A stretch of DNA of 55,787 bases from Roseovarius sp. Its GTDB lineage: Bacteria > Pseudomonadota > Alphaproteobacteria > Rhodobacterales > Rhodobacteraceae. The notes beneath the pieces were generated by a model, which made no database searches, was not told the origin of the DNA, and saw only the letters and a list, made by a program, of their open reading frames with translations. The stretch lies in NCBI RefSeq assembly GCF_018066915.1, contig NZ_JAGPVV010000347.1:1-55787 (forward strand), in the 5' to 3' direction. The position numbers and the translations under genes were made by a program. Positions within the stretch are counted from its first letter, which is position 1. Each line of letters begins with the position of its first letter. Below, one piece after another: positions 19,551-29,140 of this stretch.

Positions 19551-21236
19551 ATGAACATTCCGGCCCCGATCCCCCCACGTCTCGCCAAATTCGCTCCGAT
19601 CACGACCTCGGAGATCACAGCGCCTGCGCATGAGACAGGCCGCAAACGCTTGCGGATCGCCATCGTCAACCCTGACTATCCGCCGGGCGTCTATACCTAT
19701 CATTACGGTCTCGAAATTCTCAAAGGGCCGGTCAAATCCTCGATTCAGACCGGTGCCCTGCCAACGCTTGCCGGTTTGCTTGATCCACGCCACGACATTG
19801 CGATTTTTGACGAGGCGGTCCGCCCTCTGGATCTCGATTATCTGGCGGGGTTCGATGTGGTCGCATTTACCGCGATGATCGTGCAAAAGCCGCGCGTGCT
19901 GCAACTTCTCGCGGCGCTTTTCAGACGTGGGCCGATGGTGGTTCTTGGCGGGCCGCTCGTCACCGCAGAAGAGCATCTCTTTATCGGCAAGTGCGATGCC
20001 GTTTTCATCGGCGAAGCCGAAGAAACCTGGCCTGCCTTTGTCGAGGATCTGGCCGCCGGGAACCCCACGCAAACCCGGTATGAACAGACCGAGCGGACGG
20101 ACATGGCAACCGTCCCCATCCCGCGCTTTGACCTGCTGGAGAGCAGTGCCTATAGCACGGTCTCGATCCAGTTTTCCCGTGGCTGCCCCTTTCTCTGCGA
20201 GTTCTGCGACATCATTGTGATGTTCGGCCGCCGCCCGCGCACCAAACCCGTGCAAAAGGTTCTGGCCGAATTGGATGCGGCCCTTGCTGTCGGGTTCCGC
20301 AGTTGCTTTCTGGTCGATGACAATTTCATCGGAAACAAGGCTGCCGCCAAGGACCTGCTCCGCGCTCTGATCGACTGGCAGGAAACGCACGGCTTTCCGA
20401 TGAATCTCAGCACCGAGGCAAGCGTCAATCTGGCCGAAGACGATGAAATGCTCGACCTGATGGTGCGCGCTGTTTTCACGCAGGTGTTTCTGGGCATCGA
20501 ATCCCCGAACGAGGCCTCCTTGCTCGAAACACGCAAGGTCCAGAACGTCAGAGCGGGCACATTGCTGTCCCGGCTAGAGCGGATTCGTCAATCGGGCATG
20601 ATCGTGCGCGGCGGTTTCATCGTCGGTTTCGATGAGGACTCGCCGCGCATCTTCGACGATCAGTTCAACTTTATCAGCGCCGCCGCGATTCCCATGGCCA
20701 CGGTCAGCATCCTGTCACCATTGCCGACCACACCGCTGCACAAACGTCTGGCAGAGGCGGGGCGACTGGTCGAACACGATCCTATCTGCGGGTTCGAGCC
20801 TGCGCAGATGAGCCGGGAGCAGCTCAAGGCCGGTCATCAGGATCTGGTTGCCCGGCTGTTTGACCCGGACAACTTTTTCGATCGCGTCTTCAGGTCGTTT
20901 GACGGTCCCGAGGCGTTTCGCGACCGCCTTGCGGCGGACCGCACACGTCGCCGCGCAGCCACTGGAGTGCGGACCTATCTGACCACGGCGCGCCACTCTC
21001 TGCGGTTGGCAATGCACGCGATCCGCCATCGTCACCCGCGCGTGTTGCCCGCCTATCTGCGGAACTGGCGGCGCAACCGGCGCTTGGGTCTGGTGGCGCT
21101 GTTGGGGCCTGAATGTGTCCGGCTGTGCATCTTGCACTGGCACCAGTATCGCCTGACCCATGGACATCTCGGATCAAATTGGTTTTCGGTGGAAACGCCG
21201 AACGACACACCGATCACTGTCGGAGCAAATCCTTGA
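19551..21236 (+). CDS. B12-binding radical SAM protein (DUF4070/HpnP-like architecture)
   Basis: SRGCPFLCEFCD (CxxxCxxC), LGGP and IGEAEE cobalamin-domain motifs, DDNFIGN, GFIVGFD. Confidence 0.9.
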   Translation: MNIPAPIPPRLAKFAPITTSEITAPAHETGRKRLRIAIVNPDYPPGVYTYHYGLEILKGPVKSSIQTGALPTLAGLLDPRHDIAIFDEAVRPLDLDYLAGFDVVAFTAMIVQKPRVLQLLAALFRRGPMVVLGGPLVTAEEHLFIGKCDAVFIGEAEETWPAFVEDLAAGNPTQTRYEQTERTDMATVPIPRFDLLESSAYSTVSIQFSRGCPFLCEFCDIIVMFGRRPRTKPVQKVLAELDAALAVGFRSCFLVDDNFIGNKAAAKDLLRALIDWQETHGFPMNLSTEASVNLAEDDEMLDLMVRAVFTQVFLGIESPNEASLLETRKVQNVRAGTLLSRLERIRQSGMIVRGGFIVGFDEDSPRIFDDQFNFISAAAIPMATVSILSPLPTTPLHKRLAEAGRLVEHDPICGFEPAQMSREQLKAGHQDLVARLFDPDNFFDRVFRSFDGPEAFRDRLAADRTRRRAATGVRTYLTTARHSLRLAMHAIRHRHPRVLPAYLRNWRRNRRLGLVALLGPECVRLCILHWHQYRLTHGHLGSNWFSVETPNDTPITVGANP

Positions 21237-22231
21237 GCGTATTGCATCTTCATGTCGGCCTACCCAAGTGCGGCTCGACGGCGCTTCAGAAATACTTTCG
21301 CGACAATCGCGCCGCGTTGCTGGCGCAGGGGGTCGACTATCCCGCGCTGTCACCCGGTCACACGGGCAACCTGACCCCCTATGCCTTTTCTTTCCGCCCG
21401 CCTGAGGCGCGGCGATGGTTTCACCAGACCTACCCGAGCTATGACATTTCCAAGGCCGAAACCGATCTGCGTGCGGCCCTTGCGGCGCCAAAGGCTCCCC
21501 GCCTGCTCTTGTCGAGCGAGGCTTTGATCAAGCAGAGCCACGGCGTCGACATCGACTGGATGGCCGAGCATTTTGACGCGGTGCATGTCCACATTTTCTT
21601 CCGACCTCGCGCGCCACTTCTGATGTCGGCCTACGAGCAGCTTCTACGCGGTGGGCATGAACAAGACGATGTGACTGGCTTTCTCGACAGATCCCTCCAG
21701 ATGCCGGAAATGCAGCTTGCGGCCTATCTCGCACGCTGGCAGGCCTTTGCCGGGAAGGACCGCACGCACATTTATTTCATTTCCAACGACAGGCCTACAA
21801 TTGAACGACAGTTCCTGACCGTGCTGGGGATTGATCCCGCCACCATGCCAAAGCCGGTATCCCGCGCCAATCAGGCGAAATCCGCCTTTGTTCATTGCGT
21901 TCTGGCCCATGCCAGCAGGCGCAATCTCATCTCGACCGTGCAGCAGAAACAGCGCCTCTTCGCGATTGCGGCTCAGTATGATCCTGATCCCGCCGCGCGC
22001 CTCTTGACGCCAGAGATTGCCCACTGGATCGACGCCGCTTATGCCGAGGATACTGACCGCCTCTTGTCGATGCAGCAGGTGATGTCCTGCAAGGACTTGG
22101 AAACCGATCCCGAGACCCTGCCGCGTTCAACAACCTTCGCCGAAATCGAGGCCCTGCCGGTCTTCGACGCGGCCATGCAGCAGATATTGGCCGATGGTGC
22201 GCTCACGCAGATGCCCGGCCAAGGGGCCTAG
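21233..22231 (+). CDS. Hypothetical sulfotransferase-like protein
   Basis: LHLHVGLPKCGSTALQ and LLSSE motifs; TTG 21233 overlaps the upstream stop. Confidence 0.7.
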   Translation: MSVLHLHVGLPKCGSTALQKYFRDNRAALLAQGVDYPALSPGHTGNLTPYAFSFRPPEARRWFHQTYPSYDISKAETDLRAALAAPKAPRLLLSSEALIKQSHGVDIDWMAEHFDAVHVHIFFRPRAPLLMSAYEQLLRGGHEQDDVTGFLDRSLQMPEMQLAAYLARWQAFAGKDRTHIYFISNDRPTIERQFLTVLGIDPATMPKPVSRANQAKSAFVHCVLAHASRRNLISTVQQKQRLFAIAAQYDPDPAARLLTPEIAHWIDAAYAEDTDRLLSMQQVMSCKDLETDPETLPRSTTFAEIEALPVFDAAMQQILADGALTQMPGQGA

Positions 22232-22276
22232 TATGTGGCCTGCGGGTGCGGTCCTTCTCCGCCCCGCCTGCCGCCG

Positions 22277-23446
22277 CTAGTGTCTCTCTCCTTGGGCTTC
22301 TGCGGGGATGATAACCTCTTGCAAGACCCCAAGAATCCGGTCGCGCGGCAGATCGACGAAACTCGGCAGACCGATGAGCGTTTGGCAGAGCGACGTGGTG
22401 TTTGGCAAAGGGTCAGAGGGCCAGTCCGCATAGGCCGGATGCTGAGCAATCCCGCCCCCATACCAGAACAGGCTATCAATGCCCGCCTGATCAAGCTGGC
22501 TCACCAGATGCGCGGCCGCCTCGGGCGAAACCGCTTGATAGAGCGCATAGCAAACGGCCAGTTTCGGCGCGCTGTGGATCGCGGATGACCCCTCGCGCCA
22601 GCTTTGCGCCACCTGCGACCATGTCGCGGCCTTTGCCGCCCAACCGTCCAGTTCGGCATGCGCGACACTGGCATGGTATTCGCTCATCTTGCCGTTGATC
22701 CCCGGCGTCTGGGCAATCCGTGTTCCCAGAAAGCCAAAATTGAGCGCCGCGTGGACCGCCCTCATCGTGTCGGTATCCGAGGCAACAACCAGCCCGCCTT
22801 CGCCACACCCAAAGCTCTTGGTCGCATGCAGGCTGACGGCGACGGGCAGACCGGGGGGCACCTGCCGCGCCTCCGCACAGAACCATTCGAAACAGGCCGC
22901 ACCGTCGATTGCCACGGCAATGCCGGTATCTTCGGCGAACTGCGCCCAGGCCTCCAGATCCGGCGCGCGCCCATAGGGGGCAACGGGCACCACCACGGCG
23001 ACCTCCTCCAGCCGCGGATGGGACCGGAGCGCTTGTGGATCAAGAGCCCAGCTTTGGGCATCCACATCCACGATATGCAGCGACAGACCGGCGGCCTGTG
23101 CCGCCGCGGCCGTTGCCACATAGGTATAGGCAGGCACAAGGCACAGAGTGCGACCGGGGCGGGGTCGAAACGCCCGCGCCGCCGTGATGGCCGCCCCCAG
23201 TGCGAGCGTGCCATTGGCGCAGGCAATGACCGATCCCGCCGGCACACCGAACCCAAACGCAAGCCGCGCCTCAAGCTCTCTGACCAGCGGGCCATGATTG
23301 CTATAGCGCCGTGCGGCGTCCATGCGGCGCAGATAGGGTGCGACGGCCTCTGCCGATGGAAGCAGCGGAAGGGCAATCGGCAGCCTGTCTTGCAACGCGC
23401 TCTGCGGCAATGGTAGGCTCGGGATATCGCGGGGCGGAGTATTCAT
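22277..23446 (-). CDS. DegT/DnrJ/EryC1/StrS family sugar aminotransferase
   Basis: YSNHGP, NGTLAL, PAYTYVAT, SLHATKSFGCGEGG (PLP Lys), NGKMSEYHA; exact start uncertain. Confidence 0.9.
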   Translation of the reverse strand: MNTPPRDIPSLPLPQSALQDRLPIALPLLPSAEAVAPYLRRMDAARRYSNHGPLVRELEARLAFGFGVPAGSVIACANGTLALGAAITAARAFRPRPGRTLCLVPAYTYVATAAAAQAAGLSLHIVDVDAQSWALDPQALRSHPRLEEVAVVVPVAPYGRAPDLEAWAQFAEDTGIAVAIDGAACFEWFCAEARQVPPGLPVAVSLHATKSFGCGEGGLVVASDTDTMRAVHAALNFGFLGTRIAQTPGINGKMSEYHASVAHAELDGWAAKAATWSQVAQSWREGSSAIHSAPKLAVCYALYQAVSPEAAAHLVSQLDQAGIDSLFWYGGGIAQHPAYADWPSDPLPNTTSLCQTLIGLPSFVDLPRDRILGVLQEVIIPAEAQGERH

Positions 23447-24116
23447 GACAGATGTCGTTATTTTCGGGGCTGGGCAGTTGGCCGAAGTTCTGGCGTTTTA
23501 TCTGGAAGCAGACCCGGACCTGACCGTCGTCGGATACACGGTGGATCGCGCATTCATGCCCGAGTCCGGTCGCTTTGGCAATCTGCCGATTGTCGCATGG
23601 GAAACGATAGAGCAGCATTTTCCGTCCGATCAGGTCCAGATCCTTGGCCCTCTCAGCTATCGCGACAATAACCGGTTCCGCCGCGACAGATATCTCGAGG
23701 GCAAACGCAGGGGCTATGACTTTGCCAGCTATATCCACCCGTCCTCGCATGTCGCCGGGGCGCATATCGGTGAGAATTCCATCATCCTCGAGGAATGCAC
23801 CGTTCAGCCCTTCGCCCGCCTCGGGGCCTGCTCTGTGCTCTGGAGCAAGGTCCACATCGGCCATCATACAGAGATCGGCGATGCCTGCTTTTTCGCCTCC
23901 TATTGCGGCATCGCCGGGAATTGCCGCGTCGGCTCGTGCTGTTTCTTCGGCGGGCATTCCGGCCTTGTCGACAATTGTTCGGTCGGCTCCGATTGCATCG
24001 TGACCGCCGGCACCGTCATCACCCGGTCCGTGCCCGAGGGCGCGGTCGCCTTTGACCGCAAGCTTCAGATCGTCGAGAAAGCGGCGCGGCGGTTCGCCCG
24101 CAAGCTGTTGGGCTAG
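23445..24116 (+). CDS. Hexapeptide-repeat sugar acetyltransferase (NeuD/PglD-like)
   Basis: IFGAG N-terminal domain, SYIHP, left-handed beta-helix repeats with HIGHH; RBS GGAG at 23436. Confidence 0.88.
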   Translation: MTDVVIFGAGQLAEVLAFYLEADPDLTVVGYTVDRAFMPESGRFGNLPIVAWETIEQHFPSDQVQILGPLSYRDNNRFRRDRYLEGKRRGYDFASYIHPSSHVAGAHIGENSIILEECTVQPFARLGACSVLWSKVHIGHHTEIGDACFFASYCGIAGNCRVGSCCFFGGHSGLVDNCSVGSDCIVTAGTVITRSVPEGAVAFDRKLQIVEKAARRFARKLLG

Positions 24117-24125
24117 GCGGCCGAC

Positions 24126-24800
24126 ATGCGGGTGGCGATCATGCAACCCTACCTTTTCCCCTATGGCGGCTATTGGCGCCTTCTGACCGAATGTGACACC
24201 TTTGTCCTGTTTGACTGTGTGCAGTTCCCAAGGCGCGGCCGCGTCCATCGGTGCGAAATTGCGCCGCAAACCTGGCTGACCCTGCCTTTGGCCCCCGCCC
24301 CACGGGCGGCACTCATCCGCGACATGACCTTTGCCAACAATGCGCCCGCCCTGATGGCCCGGCAAGTGTCACGCCTGCCTTGGGCCACGCCGCGCGATAC
24401 CGCCCTGCGCCGCGAGGTCTTGGGTCTGCTCGAGGCCCCGACAGGCAATCTTGTCGATCTTCTTGAAACCGGGCTGCGCCTTGTCGCGCAGGCGCTGGGC
24501 GCGCGCGCCACGATCCTGCGCAGTTCGAGCTTGGGCGTTTCGCCCGATCTGCGGCGGCAGGATCGCGTGATCGAGATTGCCGGGCGTCTGGGCGCCACCC
24601 ACTACCTGAACGCCCCCGGTGGCCGCGCACTCTATGACGCCGAGAGCTTTGCGCGTCACGGCCTCATGCTCGAGTTTCTGCCCGATTACACCGGCGACAT
24701 TCCGTCAATGCTTCGGGCGCTCTTCGAACGCCCGATAGACGAGATTGCCCACGATATCCGCCAGAGCGCCCCCGGCGGCGGCATGGCCGCAGAGCCTTAG
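24126..24800 (+). CDS. WbqC family protein
   Basis: AIMQPYLFPYGGYW, FD.VQF, WLTLP, YLNAPGGRALY. Confidence 0.9.
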   Translation: MRVAIMQPYLFPYGGYWRLLTECDTFVLFDCVQFPRRGRVHRCEIAPQTWLTLPLAPAPRAALIRDMTFANNAPALMARQVSRLPWATPRDTALRREVLGLLEAPTGNLVDLLETGLRLVAQALGARATILRSSSLGVSPDLRRQDRVIEIAGRLGATHYLNAPGGRALYDAESFARHGLMLEFLPDYTGDIPSMLRALFERPIDEIAHDIRQSAPGGGMAAEP

Positions 24801-24833
24801 AGCGCGACTGGATCTTAGGGTGCCCCTGCGCTG

Positions 24834-25457
24834 TCAGTAGGTGCCGACAACCTCTGCATAGGCCCCGCGCAATTGCAGCGTGATCGTGACCGTGTTTTCG
24901 TCGCGGTTGCGCCAGAACCAGCCGTGTTCCCCGGCAAAGGCGGCTGTGATCTCGCCTTCTCCGGCGGTGGCCCCGCGCCCACTGTCATAATCCACCGATT
25001 GCCCGTCACCATGAGCATGTAGATCAAAATTGATCCGACCCCCGGTTGCGGCCCAGGCATAGCTGGCGACATCGCCCGCCTGCATCACCAGCTTGACCTC
25101 TGCACTGGCCCCAGGTTCCAGCGTAAAGGTCACGTCGTCCCGCCAGGCCTCTTGCGCCTGCGCGGACCCTACCAAGAGGCCAAAGACCGCATCGCTCAAA
25201 CTTGAGGACTGATCCGGCGCGCTCTCTGCGTCCATCAGGCGATCTGCTTCGGCCTCCTTGGCAAGCTGGACCTTGATCTCGCCCATTTCGGTCAGCCCCA
25301 GCACGCGGCCAATTCCGGTGGGGTCGATGGCATATTCCGCAGGTAAAACCACGGTCACAAGGATCGCAAGCGCGCTGAGGCCTGCAAGGATGCTGGACCG
25401 AAAGAGCTGCGCGCGGCTCGGCAGGTCTTCGAGGCGGGGTTTGGGTGCATTGTTCAT
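24834..25457 (-). CDS. Transmembrane anchor protein (HupE-associated)
   Basis: One TM segment, LPAEYAIDPTGIG, C-terminal NFDLHAH and GEHGWFWRNR. Confidence 0.8.
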   Translation of the reverse strand: MNNAPKPRLEDLPSRAQLFRSSILAGLSALAILVTVVLPAEYAIDPTGIGRVLGLTEMGEIKVQLAKEAEADRLMDAESAPDQSSSLSDAVFGLLVGSAQAQEAWRDDVTFTLEPGASAEVKLVMQAGDVASYAWAATGGRINFDLHAHGDGQSVDYDSGRGATAGEGEITAAFAGEHGWFWRNRDENTVTITLQLRGAYAEVVGTY

Positions 25458-25473
25458 TGTGGTCTCCGTTTCT

Positions 25474-26202
25474 TCAGACTGAGGCGAGATAGCCAGCCAC
25501 CTGTTGGCCGGTCAGCAAAACGCCGAGGAGGATCATGAGGATATTCGCAGCACTGGCCTGCTGCATGAAGTTGGGACTGCGGCGCCAGTAGCCCATGACG
25601 ATGAGAATGAGGGCCAGCGCCAGTATCTGACCCAGCTCAACCCCCACATTGAACGCCAGCAGATTGGCCAATAGCCCATCTTCGGCAATCTCATAGTCGA
25701 GGATCTTGGTCGCAAGACCGGTGCCGTGAAAGAGGCCAAAGATCAGCGTTGCGGCCTTGGTATCGGGCTGGAACCCGAACCATTTCTGATAGGCCCCGAG
25801 GTTGTCGAGCGCCTTGTAGACCACCGACAGCCCGATGATCGCATCAATGATATAGGCGTTGATGCCCCAACCATACCAGACGCCCGCAAGCATCGTGACC
25901 GAGTGGCCAAAGGCAAAGATGCTGACATAGAGGGCGACGTCCTTCATCTTGTAGAGAAAGAAAACGACGCCAAGCAGAAAGAGGATGTGATCGTAGCCCG
26001 TTACCATGTGCTTGGCACCGAGATAGAGAAAGGGAATGATGTTCACCCCCCAGATTTCCTGAATATAGCCCGCATCGCCTTCGGTGACGTTATGGGCAAG
26101 AGCGTGGGGGGCCGACAGCAAGAGTGCCGCCAGTGAAAGCAGGATCAGCGAGACCAAAGGGCGTGATGCCACGGCGCGCGTGACCCGTGAAAACGAGGTC
26201 AT
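25474..26202 (-). CDS. HupE/UreJ family Ni/Co permease-like protein
   Basis: HMVTGYDHILF, GHSVT, FGLFHG, AFNVGVELGQ. Confidence 0.9.
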   Translation of the reverse strand: MTSFSRVTRAVASRPLVSLILLSLAALLLSAPHALAHNVTEGDAGYIQEIWGVNIIPFLYLGAKHMVTGYDHILFLLGVVFFLYKMKDVALYVSIFAFGHSVTMLAGVWYGWGINAYIIDAIIGLSVVYKALDNLGAYQKWFGFQPDTKAATLIFGLFHGTGLATKILDYEIAEDGLLANLLAFNVGVELGQILALALILIVMGYWRRSPNFMQQASAANILMILLGVLLTGQQVAGYLASV

Positions 26203-26259
26203 GGATGGATCTCCGATAAGCTGTTGAAGGATCGGTGACGCCGCACTGCGCGGCGCGGA

Positions 26260-26613
26260 TCAGGCGCGCGGAGGTCGTTCGATCGCGTAGGCGCGATGCC
26301 ACCCATCAGATGCAGGTCGAGGCCGAAAGCCATCGCGATAGCCCGGCATCGCGTCCGAGACCGCGCCAAGCGCCAGCAGCGCCTGACTGTGATCATGGTC
26401 CGTCACATCATGGCTATGCCCGTGGAGCGCCCAGTAGAGATCCTCTTCAAATCCATGCGAATGGCCATGCTCTGCAATCATTTCGGCATGATCGGCCACA
26501 ACCTCGAGCAGGGAGGGCACATGGCTTGCGCGCGGCGCGATCGACCATATCGCAAGCGTCAGGCACAAAAGCGCCGCAAGCGTGGTCTTTCCGACTGTCC
26601 GTACGTGTTGCAC
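26260..26613 (-). CDS. Small His-rich exported hypothetical protein
   Basis: Hydrophobic N-terminus, DHAEMIAEHGHSHG...HGHSHDVTDHDH, C-terminal RPPR; start uncertain. Confidence 0.7.
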   Translation of the reverse strand: MQHVRTVGKTTLAALLCLTLAIWSIAPRASHVPSLLEVVADHAEMIAEHGHSHGFEEDLYWALHGHSHDVTDHDHSQALLALGAVSDAMPGYRDGFRPRPASDGWHRAYAIERPPRA

Positions 26614-26832
26614 CGGTCTGGTCCGCCTGATCCTAGCCTCGTCGCGGCACGTTGACCGTGCCGTCCTCTTTTGCCCTGTTATATGCCAAACCTCAGCCCC
26701 TATGCAACCAAACTGGCCCCTCTTGACCGGCAAAAGCCCGCCTTGCGGTCATCCGCCCGCGCCCTGTCCCTCTCATCCGCCGCGTGGTCCAGCGCCCTTG
26801 GTGCAGGGCTGCGGCATCCCGCAGCGCCGCGA

Positions 26833-28122
26833 TCACCCCGCTATGGCGGCGCGGTAGAGCGTTGCGGCATCGTTGCCCGACAGATCGACATCGTCGAGCA
26901 TCAACACCGCCCCTGCCGCGATGTCGCGCGTCAATCGCACCCCATGGGCCAGACCAATGGGCAGCGCCGCCCCCGCCCGGCTGAGCGGCAGCGCCTTGCC
27001 CCAGACCGTATAGCCGCCCTCGCCATCCAGCACCTCGCCCGCCTTGAGCGCCCGCTTGGCGACCGAGGCCACGGTGCCGCGCATCTCGCGCGCTTGGCCG
27101 GTGGGCTCGTGGCGCAGCGCGGCACTCAGGACGGAAATCGACAATTCCAACCCGATCAGATGAAAGGGCTTGTACATCGACGCAAAACGCCCGGTGGAAT
27201 CCGTGGGCAGACCGTATTGCTTGAAACAGGCGGCGGCATAGTCATTGGGCGCCTCGAGCACCACATAAACCCCCCAGCGCAGATCACGGAACACAGGCCG
27301 CCCGTCGCGTTCGAGCGAGGACACGGTTTCCACCATGCCGCGCCGGTCCAGTTGCCCGCCCACCGCGCGCGGGCGCAGCACATGCGCCAGATCATCCACG
27401 CCACATGGGGGAAAGCCGAGGCCATTGTCGGGCACATCGAGACCGCAGGCATTGGCAATCGCCACCATCTCGATGGCGCTCTTGGTGCCATCGAGAAAAG
27501 AGTTGAACATTTGCGGATTCATCCCCGCTGCGGCCGCCTCTTGCGCGGTCAGGCCATAATGCGACCAGACGTCATCGGGCGTGACGGCATGATAGGCAGG
27601 CAGGTATTTGGTGCCCTTGCCCGCCGCCGTGACGTGAAATCCGGTGGCGCGCGCCCAATCGACCATTTCCGACACGAGCGCCGGTTGATCGCCGTAGGCC
27701 ATGGAATAGACCACGCCCGCCGCCCGCGCCTCGGCAGCGAGGAGGGGGCCAGCCAACACATCCGCCTCGACATTCACCATCACCACATGCTTGCCGCCTG
27801 CAATGGCGGCGCGCGCATGGATAATCCCGGCGCGCGGGTTGCCGGTGGCCTCGATCACCACATCGACATCATCCCGCAGCCCAAGGGCTGCACCATCCTC
27901 GATATAGGCCGTGCTGGCCATGCGGCTCTCGTCCCAGCCGACCGCGGCACAGGCGGTCCGGGCGCGGGCGGGATCGAGATCCGCAATCGCCGTCACCTCG
28001 AGCCCCGCGATGGTCGGCACCTGGCTCAGGAACATCGAGCCAAATTTGCCCGCGCCAATCAGCCCCGCCCGAACAGGCCGCCCCCGATCCGCAGCCTCAG
28101 AGGCCAGTCGCGCTAGGTTCAT
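26833..28122 (-). CDS. Homoserine dehydrogenase-like NAD(P)-dependent oxidoreductase with C-terminal SAF domain
   Basis: GAGKFG Rossmann motif, NVEAD, YGDQP, FNSFLDGTKS, VAKRALKAGEVLDGEGGY. Confidence 0.88.
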   Translation of the reverse strand: MNLARLASEAADRGRPVRAGLIGAGKFGSMFLSQVPTIAGLEVTAIADLDPARARTACAAVGWDESRMASTAYIEDGAALGLRDDVDVVIEATGNPRAGIIHARAAIAGGKHVVMVNVEADVLAGPLLAAEARAAGVVYSMAYGDQPALVSEMVDWARATGFHVTAAGKGTKYLPAYHAVTPDDVWSHYGLTAQEAAAAGMNPQMFNSFLDGTKSAIEMVAIANACGLDVPDNGLGFPPCGVDDLAHVLRPRAVGGQLDRRGMVETVSSLERDGRPVFRDLRWGVYVVLEAPNDYAAACFKQYGLPTDSTGRFASMYKPFHLIGLELSISVLSAALRHEPTGQAREMRGTVASVAKRALKAGEVLDGEGGYTVWGKALPLSRAGAALPIGLAHGVRLTRDIAAGAVLMLDDVDLSGNDAATLYRAAIAG

Positions 28123-28377
28123 CTCATATCTCCCATTCCGCCCCCAAGGGCCTGCGCCCCGCACCGTGCCGCCGGGGGCCACATTCCGATTTTCCCGCGA
28201 TCATATCTCGTGCCACGCAAACGACAATGGCACCGGCAAAGAGGCGGCGCAGATTATCTGCCGCGCGACCGGCGATCCTGTCGTGAGTTGTCCGCGCGGA
28301 ATGGGTGCCTCTGGTGGTGTCGGACATGCTCTGACAACCTTACAAAATCACCGACAGATTTGTAAGGTTTGTAAGGT

Positions 28378-28938
28378 TCAAACTCGGAAGTGAACCGCCA
28401 AAGACTCAGGCAGATCGAACTCTTCCAGCACCCGCGCGCGCCCCGGTTCGGACATTTTCAGCGCGGTCTTGGTCACGATCCGATCCAGCTTTTCAGGGTC
28501 TTGCGAGGGGGCAAACGGCGCGAAATACCATTTGAGAAAGGTGAAACAGATCACATCCTCCAACGCCTGCACGTCCGCATCGCGTTTGATCCCCTCTTTG
28601 CGGATCATTTTCTGAGCGCGTTCAATGTCTTGGCTGTCATAGCCTGCGTCTTGCATGATCTCGCCCACACGGGTTGCGTGATGTTTGGCAAGAGTCGTGC
28701 GCCATGTCAGATAGCCCGCGCGCCCTTCTGGAAAATCCTGTCTTTTCAAGATCCAACGTTCAATATGCTGGCCCCGCGCGGCGATTTGCAGGGGCTCTGA
28801 TGCGTTGGGGAACAGCCGGTTACATTCCGCGCTCATCCGCCGCCCATAAAGCCACGCCGCGGGCTCCCCTTCGCGCACATCCGGGTCATGGCGGTTGGCC
28901 GCGTCAATCGCGGCAAGGGCATTTTCCAGTTTATTCAC
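28378..28938 (-). CDS. DUF4202 family protein
   Basis: IDAAN..DP, YG.RM, AARGQHIERW, GYLTWR, QALEDVIC, KMS motifs. Confidence 0.85.
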   Translation of the reverse strand: MNKLENALAAIDAANRHDPDVREGEPAAWLYGRRMSAECNRLFPNASEPLQIAARGQHIERWILKRQDFPEGRAGYLTWRTTLAKHHATRVGEIMQDAGYDSQDIERAQKMIRKEGIKRDADVQALEDVICFTFLKWYFAPFAPSQDPEKLDRIVTKTALKMSEPGRARVLEEFDLPESLAVHFRV

Positions 28939-29140
28939 AATGCCTTACCTCCCGCCATTATCCTAGCTGGGCTCTGACCGGTCGGACAGGCCCAAACATT
29001 CCCATAGCGTATCAGGGGCAGAATCGCAGCGTCAAGCGTCGCCGGGCGCTGTAGTGCAAGGCATCTTTGCGAAAGGATAATCAAGTATTTGATTTATAAT
29101 ATAAATTTTCAGAAAACGCCACTTGGCGCCCTGCGTCCTC

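Noticed and set aside
19551-21236. Calling the radical SAM gene hpnP
   Set aside because: Architecture is similar but no hopanoid genes are present in the window and the context is glycan-related
28195-28212. Sigma-54 promoter (TGGCACGAGATATGAT, minus strand) upstream of the SAF oxidoreductase
   Set aside because: The -12 GC dinucleotide is not conserved; too weak to call
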